Below the pieces are notes generated by a model. It worked only from the letters and a program-made list of their open reading frames with translations, ran no database searches and was not told the origin of the DNA. Position numbers and translations under genes: made by a program. Positions 34,859 to 44,004 of a DNA stretch of 64,000 nt are shown one piece after another. Position 1 is the first letter of the stretch, and the number at the start of each line of letters is the position of its first letter. The stretch comes from Betaproteobacteria bacterium (GTDB lineage: Bacteria; Pseudomonadota; Gammaproteobacteria; Burkholderiales; SG8-41): NCBI GenBank assembly GCA_025363435.1, contig JANYDY010000012.1, positions 3,091 to 67,090 on the forward strand. Direction: 5' to 3'.

Positions 34859-35283
34859 AACGCACACTGTTTACGACCGCGCAGGACGCCGAAGCAGCGT
34901 TCTACGACGCGCTCGAGAAAACCGATCTTGAGGCGATGATGGCGGTGTGGTCGGATGACGACGACATCGTCTGCGTGCATCCCGGCGGCATGCGGCTCGC
35001 CGGTGTTGAGCAAGTGCGCGAAGCGTGGCGGCAGATTTTCGCCGGCGGCGCATCACTGCGTTTCCGCCTGCGGCAACTGCGCGCCATCGACGGTATGACG
35101 CTGTCCGTGCATAGCGTTTACGAGCAGATTGCGGTGACCGGTGAAACGCAAACGCGGCATCCGGTCGTCGCCACCAATATATATGTCCGCACCGAAAAGG
35201 GCTGGCGCATGGTCGCGCATCACGCCTCGCCGGCGCCGGCCAGCCCTGAAGGCGAAAACAAGCGCGGCAAGGTACTGCACTAG
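34855..35283 (+). CDS. SnoaL/DUF4440-like (NTF2 fold) protein
   Basis: 142-aa ORF with a 4-nt overlap with waaF. The AEAAFYDALEKTDLEAMMAVWSDDDDIVCVHPGG pattern is typical of the family. Confidence 0.65.
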   Translation: MKRTLFTTAQDAEAAFYDALEKTDLEAMMAVWSDDDDIVCVHPGGMRLAGVEQVREAWRQIFAGGASLRFRLRQLRAIDGMTLSVHSVYEQIAVTGETQTRHPVVATNIYVRTEKGWRMVAHHASPAPASPEGENKRGKVLH

Positions 35284-35290
35284 GCACGCG

Positions 35291-35319
35291 CTGCAACACC
35301 GCCCCCGCGGCGGTATAAT
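35291..35319 (+). promoter_or_regulatory. Candidate sigma70 promoter for the TcuA-like cluster
   Basis: CTGCAA, 17 nt, TATAAT (perfect -10 at 35314-35319), about 80 nt upstream of the ATG at 35400. Motif match only. Confidence 0.3.
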
Positions 35320-35399
35320 CGGGCATCCCCGCATGGCATACGCTCGCGGCACTCCGCGCCGGGAACCTATCGTACTGATTGATTGATCAAGAGGACTGT

Positions 35400-36920
35400 A
35401 TGAGCACCGACAAGACAGCAGAATTCGGCAATCCTGATGTAATCGTGATCGGCGCGGGCAACGCGGCGGCCTGTGCGGCCTTTGCGGCGCGCGAAGGCGG
35501 CGCCAGCGTGATCATGCTCGAATCGGCACCGATCGAAGAATGCGGCGGCAACAGCCGCTACACCGGCGGCCTGATGCGCTTCGTCTTCAACAACGTCGAA
35601 GAACTGTCGAAGGTGATTCTCGACCTCACGCCGGAAGAAATGAAACTGCACGACTACGGCACCTACACCGCTGATCAGTATTACGACGATATGGGCCGCA
35701 TCACGCAGTACCGCACCGACCCCGAACTGTGCGAACTGCTGATCACCAAGAGCTATGAAACGATCGTCTGGCTGGCGAACAAGGGCGTGCGCTTTCAGGC
35801 CAGCTACGGCCGCCAGTCGCACAAGATCGGCAACAAATACAAATTCTGGGGCGGCCTTGCCGCCGAAACCTGGGGTGGCGGCCAGGGCCTGGTCGAAAAC
35901 GAACACAAAGCCTGCGCGCGCGAAAACATCAAGATTTTTTACGAAACGCCAGCACTCTCGCTGCTCACCACTGACGACGGCGCCGTCTGCGGAGTGCAAG
36001 CCAAACAAAAAGGCCGCATGATCGACATCCGCGCCAAAGCCGTGGTTATCGCCTGCGGCGGTTTTGAATCAAGCGCGGAAATGCGCGCGCGTTACCTCGG
36101 CCCGACCTGGGATCTGGCGAAAGTGCGCGGCACGCGCTTCAACATGGGCAAGGGCATACAAATGGCGCTCGACATCGGCGCGCAACCCTACGGCCACTGG
36201 TCGGGCTGCCACGCGGTGGGCTGGGACATGAACGCGCCGCCCTTCGGCGACCTCGACGTCGGCGATGCTTTCCAGAAACACAGCTACCCGTGGGGCATCA
36301 TGGTCAACGCGAATGGCGCGCGTTTCGTCGATGAAGGTGCGGACTTCCGCAATTACACCTACGCCAAATACGGCTCCGAGATTCTGAAACAACCGGGCAT
36401 GTTTGCCTGGCAGATCTTCGATAAAAAAATCATTCCCGCCCTGCGCGACGAATACCGTATCAAGCGCGTGACCAAGGTGCGCGCAGACACGCTTGAAGAA
36501 CTGGTCTCCAAACTCGAAGGCGTGAACGCCGAAGCCTGCCTGCGCGAGATCAAGGAATACAACCAGGCAGTGCAGACCAGCGTTCCGTACAACTCGGCAA
36601 TCAAGGACGGCCGCCGCACCGTCGGCCTCAAGGTCGACAAAACCAACTGGGCGAATACCATTGACGAGGCGCCGTTCGAAGCCTATGGCGTGACCTGCGG
36701 CGTCACCTTCAGTTTCGGCGGACTGAAAATCAGCACGCACGAAGAAAACCGCGGTCAGGTCGAAGACACCGCGGGCCAGCCGATCCGCGGCCTGTATGCG
36801 GCGGGCGAACTGGTCGGCGGGATTTTTTATCACAATTATCCGGGCGGCACGGGGCTCACCTCGGGCGCGGTGTTCGGCAAACTCGCCGGCGCCAGCGCGG
36901 CCGCAGGACTCAAGAAGTAA
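35400..36920 (+). CDS. FAD-dependent dehydrogenase, TcuA (tricarballylate dehydrogenase)/fumarate-reductase-flavoprotein-like
   Basis: ATG at 35400. Motifs DVIVIGAGNAAACAAFAAREGGASV, CGGFES, VRGTRFN and LYAAGE resemble my recollection of TcuA. Confidence 0.7.
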   Translation: MSTDKTAEFGNPDVIVIGAGNAAACAAFAAREGGASVIMLESAPIEECGGNSRYTGGLMRFVFNNVEELSKVILDLTPEEMKLHDYGTYTADQYYDDMGRITQYRTDPELCELLITKSYETIVWLANKGVRFQASYGRQSHKIGNKYKFWGGLAAETWGGGQGLVENEHKACARENIKIFYETPALSLLTTDDGAVCGVQAKQKGRMIDIRAKAVVIACGGFESSAEMRARYLGPTWDLAKVRGTRFNMGKGIQMALDIGAQPYGHWSGCHAVGWDMNAPPFGDLDVGDAFQKHSYPWGIMVNANGARFVDEGADFRNYTYAKYGSEILKQPGMFAWQIFDKKIIPALRDEYRIKRVTKVRADTLEELVSKLEGVNAEACLREIKEYNQAVQTSVPYNSAIKDGRRTVGLKVDKTNWANTIDEAPFEAYGVTCGVTFSFGGLKISTHEENRGQVEDTAGQPIRGLYAAGELVGGIFYHNYPGGTGLTSGAVFGKLAGASAAAGLKK

Positions 36921-36923
36921 ATC

Positions 36924-37712
36924 ATGGCGCTCGCACGCGGCAAAAAGTCTGCAAAAAAACCGCGCAGCGTGCGCGCGCAGGTCGGCCGCGAGGAATGGGA
37001 AGCGCGTGTCAACCTCGCCGCCTGTTATCGCCTGATGGCGGAATTCGGCATGACCGAGATGATCGCCAATCACATCTCGGTGCGCGTGCCCGGCAAGCAT
37101 GACGAATTCCTGATCAATCCGTACGGCATGCTCTACGAAGAAATGACCGCGTCATCGATGATCAAGGTCGATATCGACGGCAAAGTGCTGTTCAACGCCA
37201 GCGATTATGATGTTAACCGCGCCGGCTACGTAATTCACAGCGCGGTGCACGCCGCACGCAAAGATGTCGATTGCGTAATCCATACGCACACGCTGGCAGG
37301 CATGGCGGTGTCGGCGATGATGCAGGGCATTATGCCGATCGCGCAAAGCTCGATGCGTTTTGCAAAAATCGCCTATCACGATTACGAAGGCCCGGCGCTT
37401 AATCTGGAAGAACGCGCGCGTCTGGTCGAAGACCTCGGCGACTGCGAAGCGATGGTGCTGCGCAATCACGGCCTCCTCACCGTCGGCACTTCGATTGCCG
37501 AGTGTTTCAACAGCATGTTTCGTCTCGAACGTACCTGCCAGCTGCAGGTGATGGCGCTGTCGTGTAATACCGAAATCCGCCTGCCTCCGGACGAAGTGGT
37601 GCGCCACACGCAACACAGCTACCAGCCGACGACGCGCCGGCGCTGGGGCGAGATGGAATGGCCGGCGCTGCTGCGCAAACTCGATCGCATCGACCCCTCC
37701 TTCCGCAACTGA
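36924..37712 (+). CDS. Class II aldolase/adducin-family protein (aldolase or decarboxylase)
   Basis: 262-aa ORF. Motifs HSAVHAARKDVDCVIHTHT and LRNHGLLTVG. Confidence 0.85.
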   Translation: MALARGKKSAKKPRSVRAQVGREEWEARVNLAACYRLMAEFGMTEMIANHISVRVPGKHDEFLINPYGMLYEEMTASSMIKVDIDGKVLFNASDYDVNRAGYVIHSAVHAARKDVDCVIHTHTLAGMAVSAMMQGIMPIAQSSMRFAKIAYHDYEGPALNLEERARLVEDLGDCEAMVLRNHGLLTVGTSIAECFNSMFRLERTCQLQVMALSCNTEIRLPPDEVVRHTQHSYQPTTRRRWGEMEWPALLRKLDRIDPSFRN

Positions 37713-37757
37713 TTCTTTCGCAACCGAACGCGGCGCCGCGGCGTCCGTGCCATAAAC

Positions 37758-38657
37758 ATGTCCAACGCAACACCTTCAAAAAATCCGCCGCTCTGCCAGG
37801 GTCCCGATCCGCAACCGCGCAAGCCGCGCCAGCCGATCCCCGCCGGCGCCATCGACTGCCACTGCCACGTTTTCGAAGACCCGACGAAATATCCGCTGAC
37901 GCCGCAGCGCAGCTATACGCCGCAACTGTGCACTCTGAGCGACTATCTGCGCATGAGCGAAACGCTCGGCATCGAACGCATGGTGCAGGTCAACGCCAGC
38001 ACCTACGGCTTCGACAACACGATGACGCTCGACCTGATCGCCAAGCTCGGGCAGAAGCGTGCACGCGGCGTCGCCGGCGTTGCGCCCGACGCCAGTGAAC
38101 GCGACATCAGAAAACTGCACGACGGCGGCATGCGTGGCGTGCGTCTGTCGACGATGGTGAAGGGTTACGGCGGCCCGGAATTTCTCGGTGTTATCGCCAA
38201 AACCATCAATCCCTTCGGCTGGCATGTGCAACTGCATGTCGACAAAGTCGGCGAGATCGCCACACTCGAACAGCAACTGCTCAATCACCCGACGCCGATT
38301 GTGTTCGACCACCTCGGTCGCGTGCGCGGCGGCGAAGGTGTCAACGCAAAGGGTTTTCAGGCGCTGCTGCACATACTCAAGCAACGCAACGACTGCTGGG
38401 TCAAGTTATCGAGCTTTTATCGCCTGTCGGACAGTGGTGCCCCCGCTTATGCAGATATGCAAGCGATTGCACAGGCGCTGCTCACCGCGCGCCCCGATCG
38501 TATTGTCTGGGGCAGCAACTGGCCACATCCGATCTGGGATGGTCATATGCCCAACGACGGCGACCTGCTCGACCTCGTCTGCGAGTGGTGCGGCGATGCG
38601 GTGACGTTAAAACGCGTGCTGGTCGACAATCCGGCGCAGCTCTACGGCTTTAAATAG
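37758..38657 (+). CDS. Amidohydrolase_2 family, LigI-like (2-pyrone-4,6-dicarboxylate lactonase-like) hydrolase, paralog A
   Basis: 299-aa ORF. Motifs AIDCHCHVF, FDHLG and WGSNWPHP. Clear paralog of 44910..45791. Confidence 0.8.
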   Translation: MSNATPSKNPPLCQGPDPQPRKPRQPIPAGAIDCHCHVFEDPTKYPLTPQRSYTPQLCTLSDYLRMSETLGIERMVQVNASTYGFDNTMTLDLIAKLGQKRARGVAGVAPDASERDIRKLHDGGMRGVRLSTMVKGYGGPEFLGVIAKTINPFGWHVQLHVDKVGEIATLEQQLLNHPTPIVFDHLGRVRGGEGVNAKGFQALLHILKQRNDCWVKLSSFYRLSDSGAPAYADMQAIAQALLTARPDRIVWGSNWPHPIWDGHMPNDGDLLDLVCEWCGDAVTLKRVLVDNPAQLYGFK

Positions 38658-38663
38658 TTTGCG

Positions 38664-39644
38664 ATGAGCACCGCTGCGCCGGCACCCTACCGCGCGCCGC
38701 GCTGGCTGCCCGGCGGCCATTTACAAACCCTCTACGCAGCACTCGCGGCACCGCGCCCGCGCGTCGATTTTCGCCGCGAGCGCTGGGACACGCCTGACGG
38801 CGATTTCATCGATCTCGATTGGCTCGCAGATCAGGATGCCGCAAAGTCAAAACCACTGCTCGTGCTGTTCCACGGCCTCGAAGGCAGTTCGCGCAGCCAG
38901 TATGCACTGGCCCTGATGGCGGCAACGCACGCGCGCGGCTGGCGCGGCGTGGTCGTGCACTTTCGCGGCTGCAGCGGCGAGATCAACCGCCTGCCGCGCG
39001 CCTACCATTCCGGCGACAGCCCCGAAATTGACTGGATATTGCGCCGCCTGCGCAGCGAACACGCTGACGCAGCGCTGTTCGCCGGCGGCGTCTCGCTCGG
39101 CGGTAACGCCTTGCTGAAATGGCTGGGCGAACAAAACGTCGGTGCGACGGCTATCGTCAATGCAGCAGCGGCGGTTTCCGCACCGCTCGATCTGATGGCT
39201 TCCGGCAACGCACTCGACGCCGGTTTCAATCTGGTTTATGTGCGTCATTTTCTGTACACCATGAAACACAAGGCGCTGCTGAAACTCGCGCAGTTTCCGG
39301 GCCTCTATGACCGCGAACGATTACTCGCCTCGCGTACGCTGCGCGAATTCGACAATCTGATCACCGCGCCGCTACACGGCTACCGCGACACCGACGACTA
39401 CTGGACGCGCGCCAGCAGCAAACCCTGGCTGGCGCGCATTGCACTGCCGACGCTGGTGATCAATGCGCGCAACGATCCGTTTTTACCGGCAGCGGCGTTG
39501 CCACAGGCAACCGATGTCTCGCCTTATGTGCACCTTGAAACTCCCGCAGGCGGCGGCCACGTCGGCTTCGTCAGCGCCGGCTTTCCCGGCCGCCTTGACT
39601 GGTTGCCGCAGCGGCTGCTGGCTCATTTTGACGCGGCGCAATAA
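38664..39644 (+). CDS. Alpha/beta-fold hydrolase (YheT-like)
   Basis: 326-aa ORF. Motif HGLEGSS and nucleophile-elbow-like GVSLGGN. Starts 7 nt after the previous stop. Confidence 0.8.
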   Translation: MSTAAPAPYRAPRWLPGGHLQTLYAALAAPRPRVDFRRERWDTPDGDFIDLDWLADQDAAKSKPLLVLFHGLEGSSRSQYALALMAATHARGWRGVVVHFRGCSGEINRLPRAYHSGDSPEIDWILRRLRSEHADAALFAGGVSLGGNALLKWLGEQNVGATAIVNAAAAVSAPLDLMASGNALDAGFNLVYVRHFLYTMKHKALLKLAQFPGLYDRERLLASRTLREFDNLITAPLHGYRDTDDYWTRASSKPWLARIALPTLVINARNDPFLPAAALPQATDVSPYVHLETPAGGGHVGFVSAGFPGRLDWLPQRLLAHFDAAQ

Positions 39645-39684
39645 ACGCATGCGATAATTTGTTTTTCCCGACTGCGCGCCCTCC

Positions 39685-41061
39685 ATGACCTCCCTCCCGC
39701 CCGAAATCTTCAAGGCCTACGACATCCGCGGCATCGTCGGCAAAACACTGACGCCGCCGATTGTTGAAACCATCGGCCGCTCGATTGGTTCCGAACTACT
39801 CGAGCGCGGCGGCAAGACAATCTGTATTGGCCGCGACGGGCGTTTGTCCGGCCCCGAACTTTCCGCAGCGCTGGCCAAAGGCCTGCGTGCCTCGGGCGTC
39901 AATGTCATTGACGTCGGCCGCGTCGCCACGCCTATGCTCTACTTCGCCGCCAACCATTTCGAGACGATGTCGGGTGCGATGCTCACCGGCTCGCACAATC
40001 CGCCGCAGTACAACGGCATCAAGATCGTGCTCGCCGGCGAAACGCTGTCGGGCGAAGCGATTACGGCGCTGCACACACGTGCCGAAGCCGGCAAACTCGC
40101 CAGCGGCGCCGGCAGCTATCGCGAAGAAAACATTGCCGCGCAGTATCTCGATCGCATCGTCGGCGGCATCAAGCTCGCGCGACCGCTGAAAATCGCGGTC
40201 GATTGCGGCAACGGCGTCGCCGGCGCCACCGCGCCCGAGCTATTCCGCCGCCTCGGCTGCACGGTCGAGGAACTGTTTTGCGAAGTCGACGGTAATTTTC
40301 CGAACCATCATCCCGATCCATCGGTGCCGGAAAATCTCAAAGACCTGGTTGCTGCGCTCAAGAACGGCGACGCCGAAGTCGGCCTTGCCTTCGACGGCGA
40401 CGGTGACCGCTTGGGCGTGGTCACGCGCCGCGGCGATATCATCTATCCCGACCGCCAGCTGATGCTCTATGCCGCCGACGTGCTCTCGCGCAATCCGGGT
40501 GCCACCATCATTTACGACGTCAAATCGACGCGCAATCTCAAACCGTGGATCGAAAAACACGGCGGCAAACCGCTGCTGTGGAAAACCGGCCACTCCTTCA
40601 TCAAAGCCAAGCTGAAAGAAACCGGCGCGCTACTCGCCGGCGAAATGAGCGGCCACACCTTCTTCAAGGAACGCTGGTACGGTTTCGACGACGGCATGTA
40701 CGCCGGCGCGCGCCTGCTCGAAATCGTCAGCCGGTCACAAGACCCGAGCGCCGTACTGCAGGCCCTGCCCGACGCCATCAACACGCCGGAACTGCAGATC
40801 AAACTGAATGAAGGCGAAAACTACGCCTTGATCGCCGAACTGCAAAAAACCGCGCGCTTCGACAATCCACGCGAAGTGAACACCATCGACGGCCTCAGGG
40901 TTGAATACACCGACGGCTTCGGTCTGGCGCGTTCATCCAACACCACGCCGGTGATCGTGCTGCGTTTCGAAGCCGACAACGAGGCAGCGCTCAAACGCAT
41001 CCAGGCGGATTTCCGCCGCGTGATTCTTGCGGCCAAGCCGGATGCGAAGCTGCCATATTAG
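39685..41061 (+). CDS. algC: Phosphomannomutase/phosphoglucomutase
   Basis: 458-aa ORF. Catalytic Ser loop TGSHNPPQYNG, Mg loop FDGDGDR, and GEMSGH. Confidence 0.9.
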   Translation: MTSLPPEIFKAYDIRGIVGKTLTPPIVETIGRSIGSELLERGGKTICIGRDGRLSGPELSAALAKGLRASGVNVIDVGRVATPMLYFAANHFETMSGAMLTGSHNPPQYNGIKIVLAGETLSGEAITALHTRAEAGKLASGAGSYREENIAAQYLDRIVGGIKLARPLKIAVDCGNGVAGATAPELFRRLGCTVEELFCEVDGNFPNHHPDPSVPENLKDLVAALKNGDAEVGLAFDGDGDRLGVVTRRGDIIYPDRQLMLYAADVLSRNPGATIIYDVKSTRNLKPWIEKHGGKPLLWKTGHSFIKAKLKETGALLAGEMSGHTFFKERWYGFDDGMYAGARLLEIVSRSQDPSAVLQALPDAINTPELQIKLNEGENYALIAELQKTARFDNPREVNTIDGLRVEYTDGFGLARSSNTTPVIVLRFEADNEAALKRIQADFRRVILAAKPDAKLPY

Positions 41062-41076
41062 ATTGCGCTAAGTGAA

Positions 41077-41103
41077 GATGGGTGGAGCGAAGTGAAACCC
41101 ATC
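41077..41103. repeat. REP-like hairpin, family 3 (GATGGGT-13 nt-ACCCATC)
   Basis: Lies in the gap between the convergent algC and MBL genes. 7-bp perfect stem. Confidence 0.5.
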
Positions 41104-41131
41104 AATCGCCATGCATTTCAAAATAACGCGT

Positions 41132-41147
41132 GGGCAACAAGTTGCCC
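41132..41147. repeat. REP-like hairpin, family 3 companion (GGGCAAC-aa-GTTGCCC)
   Basis: 7-bp perfect stem in the same intergenic gap. Read through by spurious ORFs 41092..41274 and 41111..41335. Confidence 0.5.
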
Positions 41148-41160
41148 GCCCCACGGCCAG

Positions 41161-42753
41161 TTACTTCGCCGCCTTCACCTTCTCAGCAAATTCGCTATAC
41201 GACGCCACACCGCCGTGGCCGCCGGCAAAACGCTCCGGCTTGATACCAATTTTATCGATAGCATCGGTCAGTGACCGCTGCCGCTCAGTGCCGAACACCG
41301 CATCCCGCCCCGGCGCCCACAGATCCGTCACATAACCCAGCTTCGCGTCCGGCACATAACCGATCAACATACCTTCGGCATGCGGATTGGCAATACGATA
41401 AAGCTCGATCGTACGCCTGCCATCGTTGAGCACCATCCTGTCCGCCACCTCAACCACCTCGACTACCCGCGGTTTACGCGACAACGCGTCTTTTCTAACG
41501 TTATGCGGCGCGTTCATCATTTGCCGCATGTAGGCGCCGCCGCCCTTGCCCACAATCACCTTTGCGCCTTGTGCCGCATAACCGCGCGCGCCGTTCGCAT
41601 GATCCATGTGATGGTGCGTCAGCACCAGCACCTTCACCGGTTTGCCCGGATATTTTTCTGCGGCGACCGCCAGCGTCGCCGCAGTATGCGTCTCATTGGT
41701 TGGCGCATCGAACACAACCAGATAATCTTTCATTTCGATCAGCAGATTGTTCGGATTGCCACCGACCACGTGCTGCACGCCCGGCGCGATTTCAACCAGC
41801 CGTAACCCGCCGTCGCGCGGATCGAAACCAAGCTGCTCGGTATCGAGCAGGCCGCCGGCCAGCATGCGCCGGAATATCCATTGATACTCGACATCGTGGA
41901 TGGCGGGCGGCTGCGCGCCGGCGCGCATTGCCGCGGGAATTTCAAACAGGTCTTTCGCCAGCGGCGGGCTCAATGCAATCTCGTCTATGGTCTGGTGTAG
42001 AACAACGCGCTCGTTGACCTCGTAAATCTGGTGGAACGAAAATTTGGCACCGCCGACCTCGCGCCAGTCCGACAAAATCAAATCGCAATTGACGTCACCC
42101 CACGCCTGATCGGTATCGAGCGTGCGTACGCGCGCCGGCAATCCGGTCCCGGGATCGAACAGCACGACAAACCGCTGCGTTTCCGTCTTGTACTCGACTG
42201 CTGTCAGGCGTTTGCCGCCGGCGATGACATCCGGCAGCGATTTCAGGCTGTGCGGATCGGCGCGCATCGCAATCAACAATTGCGGCGACGTGCGCTGCAG
42301 TTCGCGCAACATCACGGCAAGACGCTGGCCCGACACGGTGTGCTGCGGTGACTTGCTGTCGCGGCTCTGCTTCGTGCGTCCGCTTGAATCGATGCCGTTG
42401 ACATAGCCCGCATCAGGCGTCACCACCTCGCTGTATCGATAGGTGCGCGCAACCGGCGTCAGCAGATTGCGCTCCCATTCGGTGCGCAACCGGCCGCCCG
42501 CAAAATCATGCGTGGCGACAAAAGTCGAAACGCCGCCGGGTATCGTGCCTTCGTCCGGCAGCACCGACTGTTGCGGCTCGAATTGACGGTTGGTGCCCTT
42601 GATGGTCAGCGCGCGGATATTGGCAAGCTTGTAGCCGCCGACCGCTTCGATCGCGCGATTGACCGCGACGAGCGCCTCGTCGCCGTGCGCGAACGCATTG
42701 CCCGCAACGAGACCCGTCGTCATCAAAATGACGGCGCAGTAATTCCTGTTCAT
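41161..42753 (-). CDS. Secreted metallo-beta-lactamase-fold hydrolase with a large N-terminal domain of unknown function
   Basis: 530-aa ORF. Signal peptide MNRNYCAVILMTTGLVAGNAFA. The HxHxDH motif (LTHHHMDHANG) lies in the C-terminal half. Confidence 0.8.
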   Translation of the reverse strand: MNRNYCAVILMTTGLVAGNAFAHGDEALVAVNRAIEAVGGYKLANIRALTIKGTNRQFEPQQSVLPDEGTIPGGVSTFVATHDFAGGRLRTEWERNLLTPVARTYRYSEVVTPDAGYVNGIDSSGRTKQSRDSKSPQHTVSGQRLAVMLRELQRTSPQLLIAMRADPHSLKSLPDVIAGGKRLTAVEYKTETQRFVVLFDPGTGLPARVRTLDTDQAWGDVNCDLILSDWREVGGAKFSFHQIYEVNERVVLHQTIDEIALSPPLAKDLFEIPAAMRAGAQPPAIHDVEYQWIFRRMLAGGLLDTEQLGFDPRDGGLRLVEIAPGVQHVVGGNPNNLLIEMKDYLVVFDAPTNETHTAATLAVAAEKYPGKPVKVLVLTHHHMDHANGARGYAAQGAKVIVGKGGGAYMRQMMNAPHNVRKDALSRKPRVVEVVEVADRMVLNDGRRTIELYRIANPHAEGMLIGYVPDAKLGYVTDLWAPGRDAVFGTERQRSLTDAIDKIGIKPERFAGGHGGVASYSEFAEKVKAAK

Positions 42754-42824
42754 GACACTCCCCCAGAATTTTGCAGCAGAGCGCCTAGTCTAAGACCAAG
42801 ACGCCATCGTATCCAGCATCGCGT

Positions 42825-42852
42825 TTGCTGCGTTGCACAGTATAGGCATAAT
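42825..42852 (+). promoter_or_regulatory. Candidate sigma70 promoter for the Bug5 operon
   Basis: TTGCTG (42825-42830), 16 nt, CATAAT (42847-42852), 26 nt upstream of the ATG at 42878. Motif match only. Confidence 0.3.
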
Positions 42853-42877
42853 AGCCGCACACGACGGAGGTTCCCGC

Positions 42878-43855
42878 ATGAAAACGCACCGTTCGAGATC
42901 AATTGCTATCGGCATTGTTGGCGCACTGTGCATGACCGCGGCATTGGCGCAGGACGTTTATCCATCAAAGCCGGTGCGCTTTGTTGCCCCCTATCCCCCC
43001 GGCGGATCAAGCGATGTCCTGGCGCGCGTGATTGCGCAAAAGCTCAGCGAGTCGCTGGGCAAACAGGTTATTGTCGAAAACCGCCCCGGCGCCGCCGGCA
43101 ATATCGGCCACGAGCTGGTGGCGAAATCGCCGCCTGACGGTTACACAATTCTGCTGACCACCAAGTCGCAGATGGTGAATAACATCTATCTCTACAAAAA
43201 ACTGCCGTTCGATCCGCTTGCCGACTTTTCGTACCTGAGCCTGATCGCCTATTCGGGCCATGTGCTGGTGGTGCATCCGGCAGTACCGGTGCGCAGCGTG
43301 CGCGAACTCATCAACCTCGCGCGCAAACAGCCCGGCAAACTGAGCTACGGCTCCTCCGGGCTCGGCAGCACCGTCAACATCGTCGCCGAGGTGTTCAAGT
43401 CGATCGAAAATCTCGACATCGTGCACGTGCCCTACAAGGGCACAGTATTGGCGGTTGCCGACGTGGTCGGCGGGCAAATTGAAATGGTGTTCTCCGATAT
43501 GGTGCCGGCGGTGCCGCAAATTCGCGGCAATCGCCTGCGCGCGCTGGCCGTAACAACCGCCGAACGCTCACCTGCGCTGCCCGGTGTGCCGACCATGGCT
43601 GAATCCGGCGTCAGGGAGGAAATGCCGACGCAATGGTGGGGCATCATCGGCCCCAAAGGCATGGCGACAGGCATCGTGACGCGGCTGAACGGCGAAATCC
43701 ATCGCATCATCAACCTGCCCGAAATCAAGGAACGCTACAACGATCTCGGCATCGTGCCGCTGCTGACGACACCCGAACGCATGCAGGAAACGGTGCGCAT
43801 TGACGCGCCGAAGATGGCAAAAATACTGGCGGGGATCGGGCTCAAGCCGGAATAG
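42878..43855 (+). CDS. Bug/TctC-family periplasmic solute receptor (paralog 5)
   Basis: ATG at 42878 follows GGAGG. Signal peptide MKTHRSRSIAIGIVGALCMTAALA. Motifs YPSKPVRFVAPYPPGGSSDVLAR and VHVPYKGTVLAVADVVGGQI. Confidence 0.9.
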   Translation: MKTHRSRSIAIGIVGALCMTAALAQDVYPSKPVRFVAPYPPGGSSDVLARVIAQKLSESLGKQVIVENRPGAAGNIGHELVAKSPPDGYTILLTTKSQMVNNIYLYKKLPFDPLADFSYLSLIAYSGHVLVVHPAVPVRSVRELINLARKQPGKLSYGSSGLGSTVNIVAEVFKSIENLDIVHVPYKGTVLAVADVVGGQIEMVFSDMVPAVPQIRGNRLRALAVTTAERSPALPGVPTMAESGVREEMPTQWWGIIGPKGMATGIVTRLNGEIHRIINLPEIKERYNDLGIVPLLTTPERMQETVRIDAPKMAKILAGIGLKPE

Positions 43856-44004
43856 GCGCTCGCAACAACCGCGGGCGATATTGATGCCGCAACTGGCGGC
43901 CCGCCACGGGCAAGCATAGAATCATCGGGGCGCACCGTCCCCCTGAAAAATAAAAAGCGCCGGCGATACGCACCTGCAGCGTCCAACAGTCAGAGGAGAA
44001 TTTC

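Noticed and set aside
33740-34867. 375-aa minus-strand ORF opposite waaF
   Set aside because: waaF is well supported by motifs and by its 4-nt coupling to the next gene. The antisense product is Arg-rich and low in complexity.
36069-37100. 343-aa minus-strand ORF opposite the TcuA-like and aldolase genes
   Set aside because: It spans a gene junction in antisense and has no motifs.
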